A stretch of 45,379 nucleotides of DNA, taken from Octopus sinensis. Lineage: Eukaryota. The stretch is taken from NCBI RefSeq assembly GCF_006345805.1, contig NW_021834994.1, positions 1-45,379 of the forward strand, given 5' to 3'. The translations under genes and the position numbers were made by a program. Shown in pieces: positions 12,363 to 23,648 of this stretch. Numbering within the stretch: position 1 is the first letter of the stretch; each line of letters opens with the position of its first letter. The notes beneath the pieces are model-generated. The model saw nothing but the letters and a program-made list of their open reading frames with translations. It had not been told where the DNA came from and did not search any database.

Positions 12363-12789
12363 AACACACACACACACACACACAAACACACATATACATA
12401 TATATATATATATATATAGTTAATCCAAACAAGAAGCACAAAAAAAAACACAACAACACGAGGACGTGGAACAAATATAGTATTATTAGACGCTCAAGAA
12501 AGAAGGAAAGAAGGAGGGTTTATCGTTTCGAGCGGAGCTCTTCGTCGGAAACATAGAAGACGGAAAAATCCAGAGAAGGGAAGACAAAGGGGAAAAAAAC
12601 CAACATATATATATATGATATATATAATATATATATAATATATTATATATATATATATACATATATATATACAAACACGTACATACATACATACATACAT
12701 AAATATATACATATATATATACAGTTAGCGTTCCGCATTTCAGTCGAGTGTGATAGCATTAATGTGGTAACATCGTAGATTTCGTCTTG

Positions 12790-12877
12790 GTATATGCTTG
12801 GCTGATGAAGGTAAAACAAAATATGGGTGAGAGACATATCTTGTAAAACCTGAAACCTGCAGGTCCCACGTTATCCT
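12790..12877 (+). ncRNA. Type I hammerhead ribozyme (family A, copy 1), predicted cleavage after C12865
   Basis: CUGAUGA 12802-12808; stem II AGGU/ACCU extended by ACAAAAUAUG/CAUAUCUUGU; GAAA 12852-12855; palindromic stem III ACCUGCAGGU; GUC triplet; stem I UGG/CCA plus an imperfect extension. Confidence 0.85.
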
Positions 12878-13220
12878 ATTCCGGGTGTTTCATCTTTCAG
12901 ATGTTCTCCCTGGAGGTAAGACGTTTTTTTGCTCTAGTTTGTTGCACACACGCATTTTTGCTAATACATACGCGGTGAAGCTACACATTAACGTCGTATT
13001 TTTACGTTCGCTATTTCCAGTAAATATCGGTACTTAGTTGTGCCATTTATTTACTAATTTGTGTATTTTTCCCTCACGGGCTACTTTTTACTGGAAGGCG
13101 ATACTTTGTATTGCATTACTGATATTTTGAAACTTCTTCACCGTTTCTCGTACTGTTAGCGTTCCGCATTTCAGTCGAGTGTGATAGTATTAATGTGGTA
13201 ACATCGTAGATTTCGTCTTG

Positions 13221-13308
13221 GTATATGCTTGGCTGATGAAGGTAAAACAAAATATGGGTGAGAGACATATCTTGTAAAATCTGAAACCTGCAGGTCCCAC
13301 GTTATCCT
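13221..13308 (+). ncRNA. Type I hammerhead ribozyme (family A, copy 2), predicted cleavage after C13296
   Basis: CUGAUGA 13233-13239; GAAA 13283-13286; stem II AGGU/AUCU (C>U change keeps a G-U pair); GUC triplet. Confidence 0.85.
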
Positions 13309-13658
13309 ATTCCGGGTGTTTCACTCCCCTCCAGCAAAATCAGCGGCTGTCTGTTTTTATATTGAGAGTAGCGACGATTGACTGCCATTTCTAGCAGGTA
13401 GGTTTTTTGTACCGATGAAGCGTAAAGACCCAGAAGCCATGGTTTACTGGTCTTGCCAAGCTGAAGGGGTGTGATTTGCTCACTTATTCGCAATAAATCG
13501 GACACAGGTTGTGCGTCGTCTACGTTTCCCTAGGGTTAGAATGAAGTAACATAGTTCTTTACAGAACAGCCATGTTATAGTGGCAAAAAAATGTTACCGT
13601 CTAATATTGTTACTGCTTATATCTCGTTTAGACATTTTAGGGGTATGTATTTTGGTCG

Positions 13659-13752
<94 letters not shown>

Positions 13753-13769
13753 GAGAGAGGAGGAGGAGG

Positions 13770-13800
<31 letters not shown>

Positions 13801-14001
13801 TTTACGAAAACAAAAAAGCCAATACAGGTGGTGTACAAAACAAACAGATGTATTAGTATATCGCTCAGGAATAGGAAAAGTATTTTACGTTTCGAGCCTA
13901 CGATCTTCTACAGAAAGGGACACAGAAAAAACAAGGAGAGAAATAAGGAGAAAAAAAAGGAGAGAAAAAAATGTGTGTAGTGGCTAACGATCTATCATGG
14001 C

Positions 14002-14084
<83 letters not shown>

Positions 14085-14093
14085 TTATTTATA

Positions 14094-14393
14094 GACGTAG
14101 GAGTAGCTAGCTTACGAACCACATGGTTCCGGGTTCAGGCCCACTGCGTGGCACCTTGGGCAAGTATCTTCTACTATAGCCTCGGGCCGACCAAAGCCTT
14201 GTGAGTGGATCTGGTAGATGGAAATTGAAAGAACCCCGTCGTATATATGTATATATATATATGCATGTGCGTGTATGTGTTTGTGTGTCTGTGTTTGTCC
14301 CCCAAACATCGCTTGACAACCAATGTCCTGGGGTGGATTTGCTCGACTAGAAGCTGGTGCGCCAGTATGGCCACAGTCAAATGACTGAAACAA
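14094..14393 (+). mobile_element. SINE family B copy, internally deleted
   Basis: ggttccgggttcaggcccactgcgtggcaccttgggcaag...aaatgactgaaacaa. Confidence 0.85.
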
Positions 14394-14408
14394 TCGAAGT
14401 TTTATATA

Positions 14409-15406
14409 TTTAGTGAGGGAAGAAATGGAGCTGAACGAAGATTTTACAAAATTCCTTTTTATTATTTTCTACATATGTTTCAAAGGCTGCAAATTCCCTA
14501 ATTCGGATTGAATAAGGAGACCATTTTGCAGCTTTCTCTTCAGGAAAATCCAGGAACTTAAATCTCAAAACAAATGCGCAGCAAGCTTTTCGACAAACGC
14601 TCTCTAGGAGCCCATGGTATGAATGGCACAAAACTGTCTCTCAATATGCGTTGACGTCACGGTGGGTGAAAGCCGACGAAAAAGTCCGTTGAGATAATTC
14701 GAGGTCAAAATCCGGTTAACATTGGGGAGGGGAAGAATTACAGAAAACCAAAGAGTGTGAATATATTCTGTATAACTAGTGTTAATATTCGAATTGTTTT
14801 AAGAATTAAAGCTATCGTATTTGGGTGTGAGAAACTACCTACATGTATGTGTGTGTGCGCCTATGTATGTGTGGCAGTATGTTTAGAAGCAGCTAGGGAG
14901 AAATATATTGCAGCTCTTGATGGTCAAGCAGCTGATAAAAACCTGTGTCTGTGTGTTCGTCTGTGACCAGTTTATAGAGAGATGACTTGTCAACAAGGGG
15001 AGTATAATCCCTGATAGTGTTTCTAAATAAGTAGCAGATCATACGCTAAAAGGGGAGTAATTTCCCCTTTCAAATTTAATTCAAAATTTTTTCCAAATTT
15101 TTTTCAAAAATTTTTTTCTTTCTTAGGACATCAAGGTGTTAAATATCTTAGACTTCAATTGTATGCAAGAAATGTATGCCGTTTTGTGCCATTCATACCA
15201 TGGGCTCCCAGAGAGCGTTTGTCGAAAAGCTGCCTGCGCATTTGTTTTGAGATTTAAGTTCCTGGATTTTCCTGAAGAGAAAGCTGCAAAATGGTCTCCT
15301 TATTCAATCCGAATTAGGGAATTTGCAGCCTTTGAAACATATGTAGAAAATAATAAAAAGGAATTTTGTAAAATCTTCGTTCAGCTCCATTTCTTCCCTC
15401 ACTAAA
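14409..15406. mobile_element. About 1 kb non-autonomous element with 226-bp terminal inverted repeats in TA context (unclassified)
   Basis: 14409-14634 is the near-exact reverse complement of 15181-15406; both ends are flanked by TATATA. Confidence 0.75.
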
Positions 15407-15413
15407 TATATAT

Positions 15414-15513
<100 letters not shown>

Positions 15514-16379
15514 TGCATGTATATATATATATATATATATATATATCTATGTATATATATATATATATATATTTGTATGCATATATATAATATATATATA
15601 TATATATGTATATATAAATTTAAAATAATAAGGGTGAAAAATTGAATATTAATTTAATTAATATCAATTTAAAACCAGTGGTCTAGCATATAGAAAAATC
15701 TGTAGATTCAAAAAATTATATTACATATTACCACTAGGAAAGGAATTTTCCTTTCTTAGTGGTAAGACCATAGGGGGTCGACTTCTAGCATAATGGGCGT
15801 CCACTTAGTGGTCATCCCTCTTATATGTACGTTATATATATACATACACACACACACAGAGATTTCGCCGGATTTGCAGTTTGCCAACATCACGTATTCG
15901 TAAAGGAACGGAGATGAATCATTTCGCCACTCCACGTGTTGTATGCACACAGTATGAAAACCACAGGTGAGTCTGCCCGGACACACGCCACACCGCCGCC
16001 TACTGGCGAATACGCTTCGCATATACGTTAAGTATTTGTGATCAATAATGCTTTGTGCACCAGCACTGCTTCAATTTTTTATTTGAATTTATCCATGCGT
16101 ATACATTGTCGGTAAGGACAAACATCAAAGAATAACAACAGTAGCCATGACAACAACAGTCACCGGAACAGCATCAGCATCAGCAGCAGCAGCAGCAGCA
16201 GCAGCATCATTATCAACAACAATGTGTGTTATATAGTGGTTAAAGACGGCGGGCTAACGAATTTCTGAGCTAATTCCCATTGTCCCTTGTGTTGTTTTCT
16301 CCCTTTATGCCTCAGTAGTCAATAGAGAAAAGATTATTATTATTATTATTATCATTATTATTATTTTTTTTTTATTATT

Positions 16380-16746
16380 CAGTAGTTTTATTTTTATAGC
16401 GTGCTTTCACTTCACTACCGAGCGCAGCTCTGTGTGCCTTGGGTATGTGCTGTGATTTGTTGTGATGCTTTGATGGTTATTGTATGGAAAGTGTTCTGCG
16501 TAGGATGTGTGCAGTGCCTAGTAGTGCAATTTTCTGTATTTTATATGTGTTTGTAAGTCCTGGTGTTTTTGTTATGTATTTGTCTGAATATTTTTTTATC
16601 ATGCCTAATGCACCAACTATGATAGGAATTGTTTCTGTTTTTAGATTCCACATTCTAGTTACCTCTATTTTCAGGTCTTTGTATTTTGAGAGTTTCTCCA
16701 TTTGTTTTAGAGACACATTGTCATCTGCCGGTATTGATACATCAAT

Positions 16747-16748
<2 letters not shown>
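16380..16748 (-). mobile_element. R4/Dong-like non-LTR retrotransposon 3' end (restriction-like endonuclease C-terminus plus 3'UTR), family I
   Basis: KLSKYKDLKIEVTRMWNLKTETIPIIVGALG...IQKIALLGTAHILRRTL*; 3'UTR ends in an (AAT)n-like tail. Confidence 0.88.
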
Positions 16749-16794
<46 letters not shown>

Positions 16795-16813
16795 TATTAT
16801 TATTATTATTATA

Positions 16814-16889
<76 letters not shown>

Positions 16890-17008
16890 TTTTACTATTA
16901 TTACTATTACTATTATTACTATTATTACTATTATTACTATTATTACTATTATTACTATTATTATATTATTATTACTATTATTATATTATTATTATTATTA
17001 TTATTATA

Positions 17009-17045
<37 letters not shown>

Positions 17046-17068
17046 TGTTATTATTATTATTATTATTA
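16749..17068. repeat. (ATT)n/(ACT) microsatellite
   Basis: Direct reading. Confidence 0.97.
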
Positions 17069-17174
17069 TCTCTTTATCACAGATTTTGTTGGATCTCCTG
17101 GAATCTTACATGGATAGCAGGTTTACTACCTGCAGGCTACGGTATCATGATATTCGTTCTTTTCAGATATTTAA
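17069..17174 (-). mobile_element. R4/Dong-like LINE 3'UTR only, family II
   Basis: Matches 19417-19522, which follows the stop codon of a GTARIIRKVLNI* C-terminus. Confidence 0.8.
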
Positions 17175-17230
<56 letters not shown>

Positions 17231-17443
17231 AGATAGCGAGCTGGGCGAATTGTGAGCACGCCGGGCGAAATGCTTAGCGTTATTTCGTCTGTCGCTACGT
17301 TCTGCTTTCAAATTCCGCCGAGGTCGACTTTGCCTTTAATCGTTTCGGGGTTGATTAAATAAGTATCAGTTATGCATTGGTGTCGATGCAATCGACTTAA
17401 TCCCTTCCCCAAAATTTCAGACTTTGTGCCTACAACAAAAAGG
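17231..17443 (+). mobile_element. SINE family A copy
   Basis: Head, core gtcgactttgcctttaatcgtttcgggg, tail aaatttcagactttgtgcctacaacaaaaggg, then (TTA)n. Confidence 0.85.
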
Positions 17444-17500
<57 letters not shown>

Positions 17501-17524
17501 GTTATTATTATTATTATTATTATT

Positions 17525-17918
<394 letters not shown>

Positions 17919-17953
17919 ACATTATTATCATCATCATCATTATTATTATTATT

Positions 17954-19112
17954 GGCTTTGCACAGCTTCTAACGCTGGAGATGTACTACGGTGTCAGCTG
18001 TTCACTACCAGGGAACTAAGGTAACACCTCTTATTTTTCGAGCACCTTCCGGAGTATTCAAGCGGTCATAAGTAGTGCTGTTTTCTGCAAGTGCTCCACC
18101 CTTATTGTAGCTCCTATTTGTTCCACGTGCTTCTCGAGATTTTTTCTCACTGTTCTCATGGCTCCGACAGTTATTAGTACTACTTCCACCTTTTTTCATC
18201 GACCACAACTGCTTAACTTCCCAAGCTAACCTGTCATATCTCTCGACTTTTCTTTCTTCCTTATCGCATACCTTGTTGTCGGTTGGGCATTCTATGTCTA
18301 TGATCCAGCATAGTTTGTTTCCTGTCTCAATTAAGACTATGTCTGGCTCCCTATTCTCTATCTCATGATCGTACTGAAACATAAAATCCCATAGAATCTT
18401 TGCATTTCTATTTTCGACACTGCCTTCAGGTTTGTGGTCGTACCAATTTTTTGCTCTGTCGAGTCCATACTTATTGCAAAGTGTCGAATGGACAAGCCTG
18501 GCTATATTGTCGTGGCGTCTCTTATATTCCTTCTGAGCTAGTGACGTACATTGGCTGGTTATATGCCATCCGGTTACACCATTTTGTCCACAGATTCTGC
18601 ACTTATTACTTTCTGATGTGTTATTACTTTCTGATCTGTATATTATGTAGTTTATTCCTAGTGCTTGCTCTTGAGTAGCACAAATTAGGGCCTCCGTTTC
18701 CGGTTTTAAATCACTTTTAGTCATCCGCAGCCATCTTTTTCCCTGTCTGTCTTATCTTCAACATCCCTATAAAATTGACCATACATTCTTTTCTTTACCC
18801 ACCTATTTTCAGTTTCATTCGTTTTCAAATTATTGTGTAGTGCTTTATCTTTGCAACCTTTCATCATACACAAGCTCTTATAGCCCCAAGTACTTATAAC
18901 CCGTCTATTCTATCTGCTTCATAACCTCCCCCGACGGTATCGTTAGTCCGTCCATACATTTGATTTTGCCTCTTTTCAATACTAACACTCCACACTTTCT
19001 CAGTCCGAACTCCATTCTGGTATCAGCACTGAAGGTATACACCGTATCAACGAGAGAACGGACTTGGGCTTCATCTTTTCAATGAAGTTTGAGGTCATCC
19101 ATTAATAGCAAG
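17954..19112 (-). mobile_element. R4/Dong-like LINE 3' portion (RT remnant, CCHC knuckle, REL endonuclease, 3'UTR), family III
   Basis: LLLMDDLKL...MEFGLRKC...YKYLG; then CRICGQNGVTGWHITSQC...RRHD...PDIVLIE...IID; 3'UTR followed by AATAATAAT. Confidence 0.9.
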
Positions 19113-19164
19113 TTATTATTATTATTATTATTATATTATATTATTATTATTATTATTATTATTA

Positions 19165-19223
<59 letters not shown>

Positions 19224-19243
19224 TATTATTATTATTATTATCA

Positions 19244-19325
<82 letters not shown>

Positions 19326-19383
19326 CATCATCATCATCATCATCATCATTATTATTATTATATTATTATTATTATTATTATTA

Positions 19384-19415
<32 letters not shown>
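19113..19415. repeat. (ATT)n/(ATC) microsatellite
   Basis: Direct reading. Confidence 0.97.
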
Positions 19416-19416
<1 letters not shown>

Positions 19417-19845
19417 CTCTTTATCACAGATTTTGTTGGAACTCTTGGAGTCTTACACGGATAGCAGGCTTACTACCTGCAGCCTACGGTATCATGATAT
19501 TCGTTCTTTTCAGATATTTAATACTTTCCTAATTATCCTGGCCGTGCCAAGGAGGCAAAACTTTTGTAACAGTTCTACTGGGCACTCTTTTCCAATTTCC
19601 TTTATACCCCCTCTTGACGTCTTCTCACATTGTACCCAAGAACCCAACAATAATTGGCATTATCTTCGCCTTCTTCATTTTCCATAGCCAGGTTATTTTG
19701 TATTTGAGAGGTTTGTATCTATCTTTTCGCCTTCTTCTCGGCTATTTATATGCCAAAGAGGCATACAACATCAACTATATAGCATATATGGTGCACCACT
19801 AGGTTCTATCTGTTATGCTCTAGCACCTGATCAATTTGGATTGGG
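19416..19845 (-). mobile_element. R4/Dong-like LINE 3' end, family II
   Basis: Frameshifted REL C-terminus ending GTARIIRKVLNI*; 3'UTR then (AAT)n. Confidence 0.82.
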
Positions 19846-19873
19846 AAATCCCAGAGGATATTACTAGTCTCTA

Positions 19874-20038
19874 ACGAGCTGGCAGACTCATGAGTATGCC
19901 GAGCAAAATGCTTCGCAGCATTTCGTCCGACTTTACGTTCTGAGTTCAAGTTCTACGGAAGTCGACTTTGCTTTTTATACCGTCGTGTCAATAAATTAAA
20001 GTACCAGTTGAGCACTGGGGTCGAGGTAATCGACAGCG
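19874..20038 (+). mobile_element. Diverged SINE family A copy
   Basis: cgagctggcaga...gagttcaag...gtcgactttgc...agtaccagttgagcactggggtcgaggtaatcgac. Confidence 0.75.
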
Positions 20039-20870
20039 AATTGAGAGCGGAAATAATCTACTGCAGCAAGAGAAACATCCTCTAAGTTCATCCAGCCTTA
20101 CTGGTAAATTTTCGCTTCCGTTTATTCACTTCTTTACTTGAATTAATCCTCTCCACAAAGATTGTTACTTCTATCAAAGAAGAAGATTAGATATCGAGCG
20201 ACAAACTCTAGCATGCTTGGACTTGCTTTGCTGGTCTTGCTTTGTTAAAACTATACTGATTTCTCCTTTTATTACAGCTGATGTTTCTGGTTTGGAGCGT
20301 TTTGCATTGATTTTAGATACACACTTTGACAATAACACTGATATAAGTTCGTAAACTTTGTCATTTTACGTCCAGTTCGATTAGATACAAATTTAGAAAT
20401 AAACAACTCAGTAATCAGAACGAACGAAATTGGAAAGAGGGGACATATTTGTTGAAATAGTTCTGAAAGGAGACATTTTAGCAGAACAACAGATAGTATG
20501 CCACTGAATAATATTTGGATTTACCATTTCAAGGTGGAGCCAAACGGTGGCAATTGTGATTACTGGCTAATCTTGTGGAACCCATTCGGTTGATTTATGT
20601 TTATAGGGGCCTTAACAAACTTAAGACTCTATACCGCTATTTCGATCGTACAGCATAAGTGAGGTAGATGCCATTGTAGATAAAATTAGTTGTATCATTC
20701 AAATGTATGACGAACTCGTGGGCGTTATCAACTAATTTCTGTTCGACGACCACCCACAGATTAATACGCACAGTGATCTATAATAACACACACACACGCA
20801 CATTTACACTCACATATATTTATGTATGAATATATATATGTATATATTCATATGTATATATGTATCTGTT

Positions 20871-20928
<58 letters not shown>

Positions 20929-21186
20929 TATTATGCCATGCATGCATGCATATATTTATATATATACATATATACATATAAATATATATGTGTGTGTGTG
21001 TGTATGTGTGTGTGTGTGTGTGAGTGAGTGTATGTGTATGTATGTATGTATATACGTGTATATGTTTGTTTTGTAAAATTGTTTTGAAATAGTGTGTTGA
21101 AACAAATGTTGCTATATTTGGGGACGGTCATTTTGCCAATAAAAACATGGGCTATATATTTCATCTTCACTTTATTATTACTAGTA

Positions 21187-21470
21187 TTATTGAGTGAGAG
21201 AGCAATGCATGCCATCAAAATGACACTGGTCTACTTGTATACGAAGTCCAGTATACCCATCACGACTACACCAGACATATGCATCACAACCGCATGTGCG
21301 CAACATGGTGATCTCATATCAATATAACCAGCCCATGACATTGTAGGTAGGACCCAGTCAGAATTTTCTTCAGGCTGAGTAGCCCATCCCGCTGAAAAGG
21401 TCCCTGAATAAGGTCTGTTTAAGGAGGATAGACGAAACATCCATGTTTCTAGGGACGTATTATTATCATT
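21187..21470 (-). mobile_element. (AAT)n-tailed interspersed repeat, probably a LINE 3'UTR or SINE
   Basis: GC-richer block between TAT tracts; minus strand ends ctctctcactcAATAATA. Confidence 0.5.
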
Positions 21471-21482
21471 ATTATTATTATA

Positions 21483-21582
<100 letters not shown>

Positions 21583-22539
21583 CATTATGGTTGTTGTTGT
21601 TGTTTCTGATGTTATTGCTTATGTTCTTGTTAACTACTGTTTATTTGTCGAATGTCTTTCGTCACACATTCTGTGACCTCTTCAATGACTATCTTTTCTA
21701 CCCTCGTGTCTCTTCTGCCCTCTACTTTTACTCCGCCCGCTTTATTCCATTTTGCCTCTTTTTGCTATGTATCGCCGTCAGCGAACCGTTTGTCTCTGTG
21801 CATGGGTGTCTTGTGTACGCGTGTTTGGGTCTAGGTTTCTATATTACACTGCCTTTATCATTGTCTCCCATTTTCTAATTAGTTGTAACCCAGTGTATCT
21901 GCATCATGAATAGTGACATATTTCATCTTTGTGATCAATAAATGAATATTTCAGGTTGATTTTCATCTGAAGCAGTGATTAAGTTTTCGTGAATTTCTTA
22001 GCTTTACTATAGTTTTGAATATTGATCGAAGTCAATATCTTTAGAGTCATAGAGTACTTGTAAAAGAAAATAATAGTGATGTTGTAATTCTCAAGAATCT
22101 GACGAGCAGGGAAACGAGTTTATATCGCTGGTCACACTATCGACAGATGTATTTCTGAGGTTAGTACCTCAAACACATGTTCGCTGCAGACAGGTCTGGG
22201 ATGCTACGCTGCGCATTCAGTTCAACACCGGACGCTTCTATAGATAAAAGATCTGAGAAGGTGATAGGAAACCAAAGGTACTGGCATAAAATATGTTCGA
22301 CGTAGTAATATTTATTGCTCAAGTGCCGCTGCGTAAACTTGTTAGACGAAACACCAGTAATGGCCGGTCAAAATGATGGCCAACGTTTTTGACACGATAT
22401 CCCAGCTCCAATGATTTTGAATACCTTTTAATTCAGTGTATCATCCAGTGTGAGCAAATACTTCTTGTTTAATGATGTCATAAATTGCGCTTAAGTAACT
22501 GTGTCTTTCATATGGACAAGTACAAATAATGATAACAAT

Positions 22540-23118
22540 AATAATCCTTTCTATTATAGGCACAAGGCCCGAAATTTGGGAGGAGGACTAGTCGATTATA
22601 TCGACCTCAGTGTTTCACTGGTACTTAATTTATCGACCCCGAAAGGATGAAAGGCAAAGTAGACCTCGGCGGAATTTGAACTCAGAACGTAGCGGCAGAC
22701 GAATTACCTATTTTTTTACTAACCACAAGGGGCTACACACTGAGACGACAAAGAAGGACAGACAAACGGATTAAGTCGATTACATCGACCCCAGTGCGTA
22801 ACTGGTACTTAATTTATCGATCCCCGAAAGGATGAAAGGCAAAGTCGACCTCAGCGGAATTTGAATTCAGAACGTAACGGCAGACGAAATACCTATTTCT
22901 TGACTAACCACAAGGGGCTAAACACAGAAGGGACAAACAAGGACAGACAAACGGATTAAGTCGATTATATCGACCCCAGTGCGTAACTGGTACTTATTTA
23001 ATCGACCGCGAAAGGATGAAAGGTAAAGTCGACCTCGGCGGAATTTGAACACAGAACGTAACGACAGACGAAATACCGCTAAGCATTTCGACCGCCTGCT
23101 TACGTTTCTACCAGCTTG

Positions 23119-23120
<2 letters not shown>
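22540..23120 (-). mobile_element. SINE family A tandem trimer
   Basis: One full head plus two units that restart at ggtatttcgtctgcc; core repeated three times at about 180-bp spacing. Confidence 0.88.
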
Positions 23121-23169
<49 letters not shown>

Positions 23170-23236
23170 CCTATATGCAATCATTAACAGTACTTTCAAC
23201 CAATTCACCCCGAGCAACGCCGGGCAATTCTGCTAG
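23170..23236 (+). mobile_element. Isolated Helitron 3' end
   Basis: ccccgagcaacgccgggcaattctgCTAG-T. Confidence 0.8.
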
Positions 23237-23430
23237 TATATATATAATAATAAATATTAGGGAATAATCCAAATTTACAGGGAAAAATCAGATTTAGGAT
23301 TGAATCCATTTTATAGTAAAATATAATATAATATTAATTAGAGACAAAACCACTATTATGCAAATCAAACAAAGAAAGACTTAATCCAATACATAAAAAA
23401 AAATATATAAATTAATATAATTAAGATATC

Positions 23431-23474
23431 CACTACGATCGTTTCTTGTCACTTTTATGGACATTCATCAGGTG
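23431..23474 (-). ncRNA. Minimal PLE-type type I hammerhead ribozyme
   Basis: Minus strand CAC-CUGAUGA-AUGUC-cauaaaagu-GACAA-GAAA-CGAUCG-UA-GUG: palindromic stem III ACGAUCGU, GUA site, 3-bp stem I; A-A mismatch at the base of stem II. Confidence 0.65.
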
Positions 23475-23611
23475 TTTTCAAGACCTAAAATATAATCAAT
23501 ATTTTTAAGATATAAATTTGAAATGACTAATATATATAAAATATAAAATTATCAATGAAAATATATATAAAATCAAGAACTAAAATAACCTCTATAAACG
23601 ATTGTATATAA

Positions 23612-23647
<36 letters not shown>

Positions 23648-23648
<1 letters not shown>

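Larger units (their letters stand above)
12724..13323 (+). mobile_element. Retrozyme-like tandem repeat family A: 169-bp direct repeats (12724-12892, 13155-13323), period 431 nt
   Basis: Near-identical direct repeats, each containing a type I hammerhead; the spacer is self-complementary. Confidence 0.75.

Noticed and set aside
13324-13530. Minus-strand peptide SLRFIGTKNLPARNG resembling a GIY-YIG C-terminus next to family A
   Set aside because: Similarity is short, interrupted by stops, and opposite in strand to the hammerheads.
20200-20760. Short open frames in unique sequence (e.g. LWVVVEQKLVDNAHEF)
   Set aside because: No recognisable domain or consistent splice signals.
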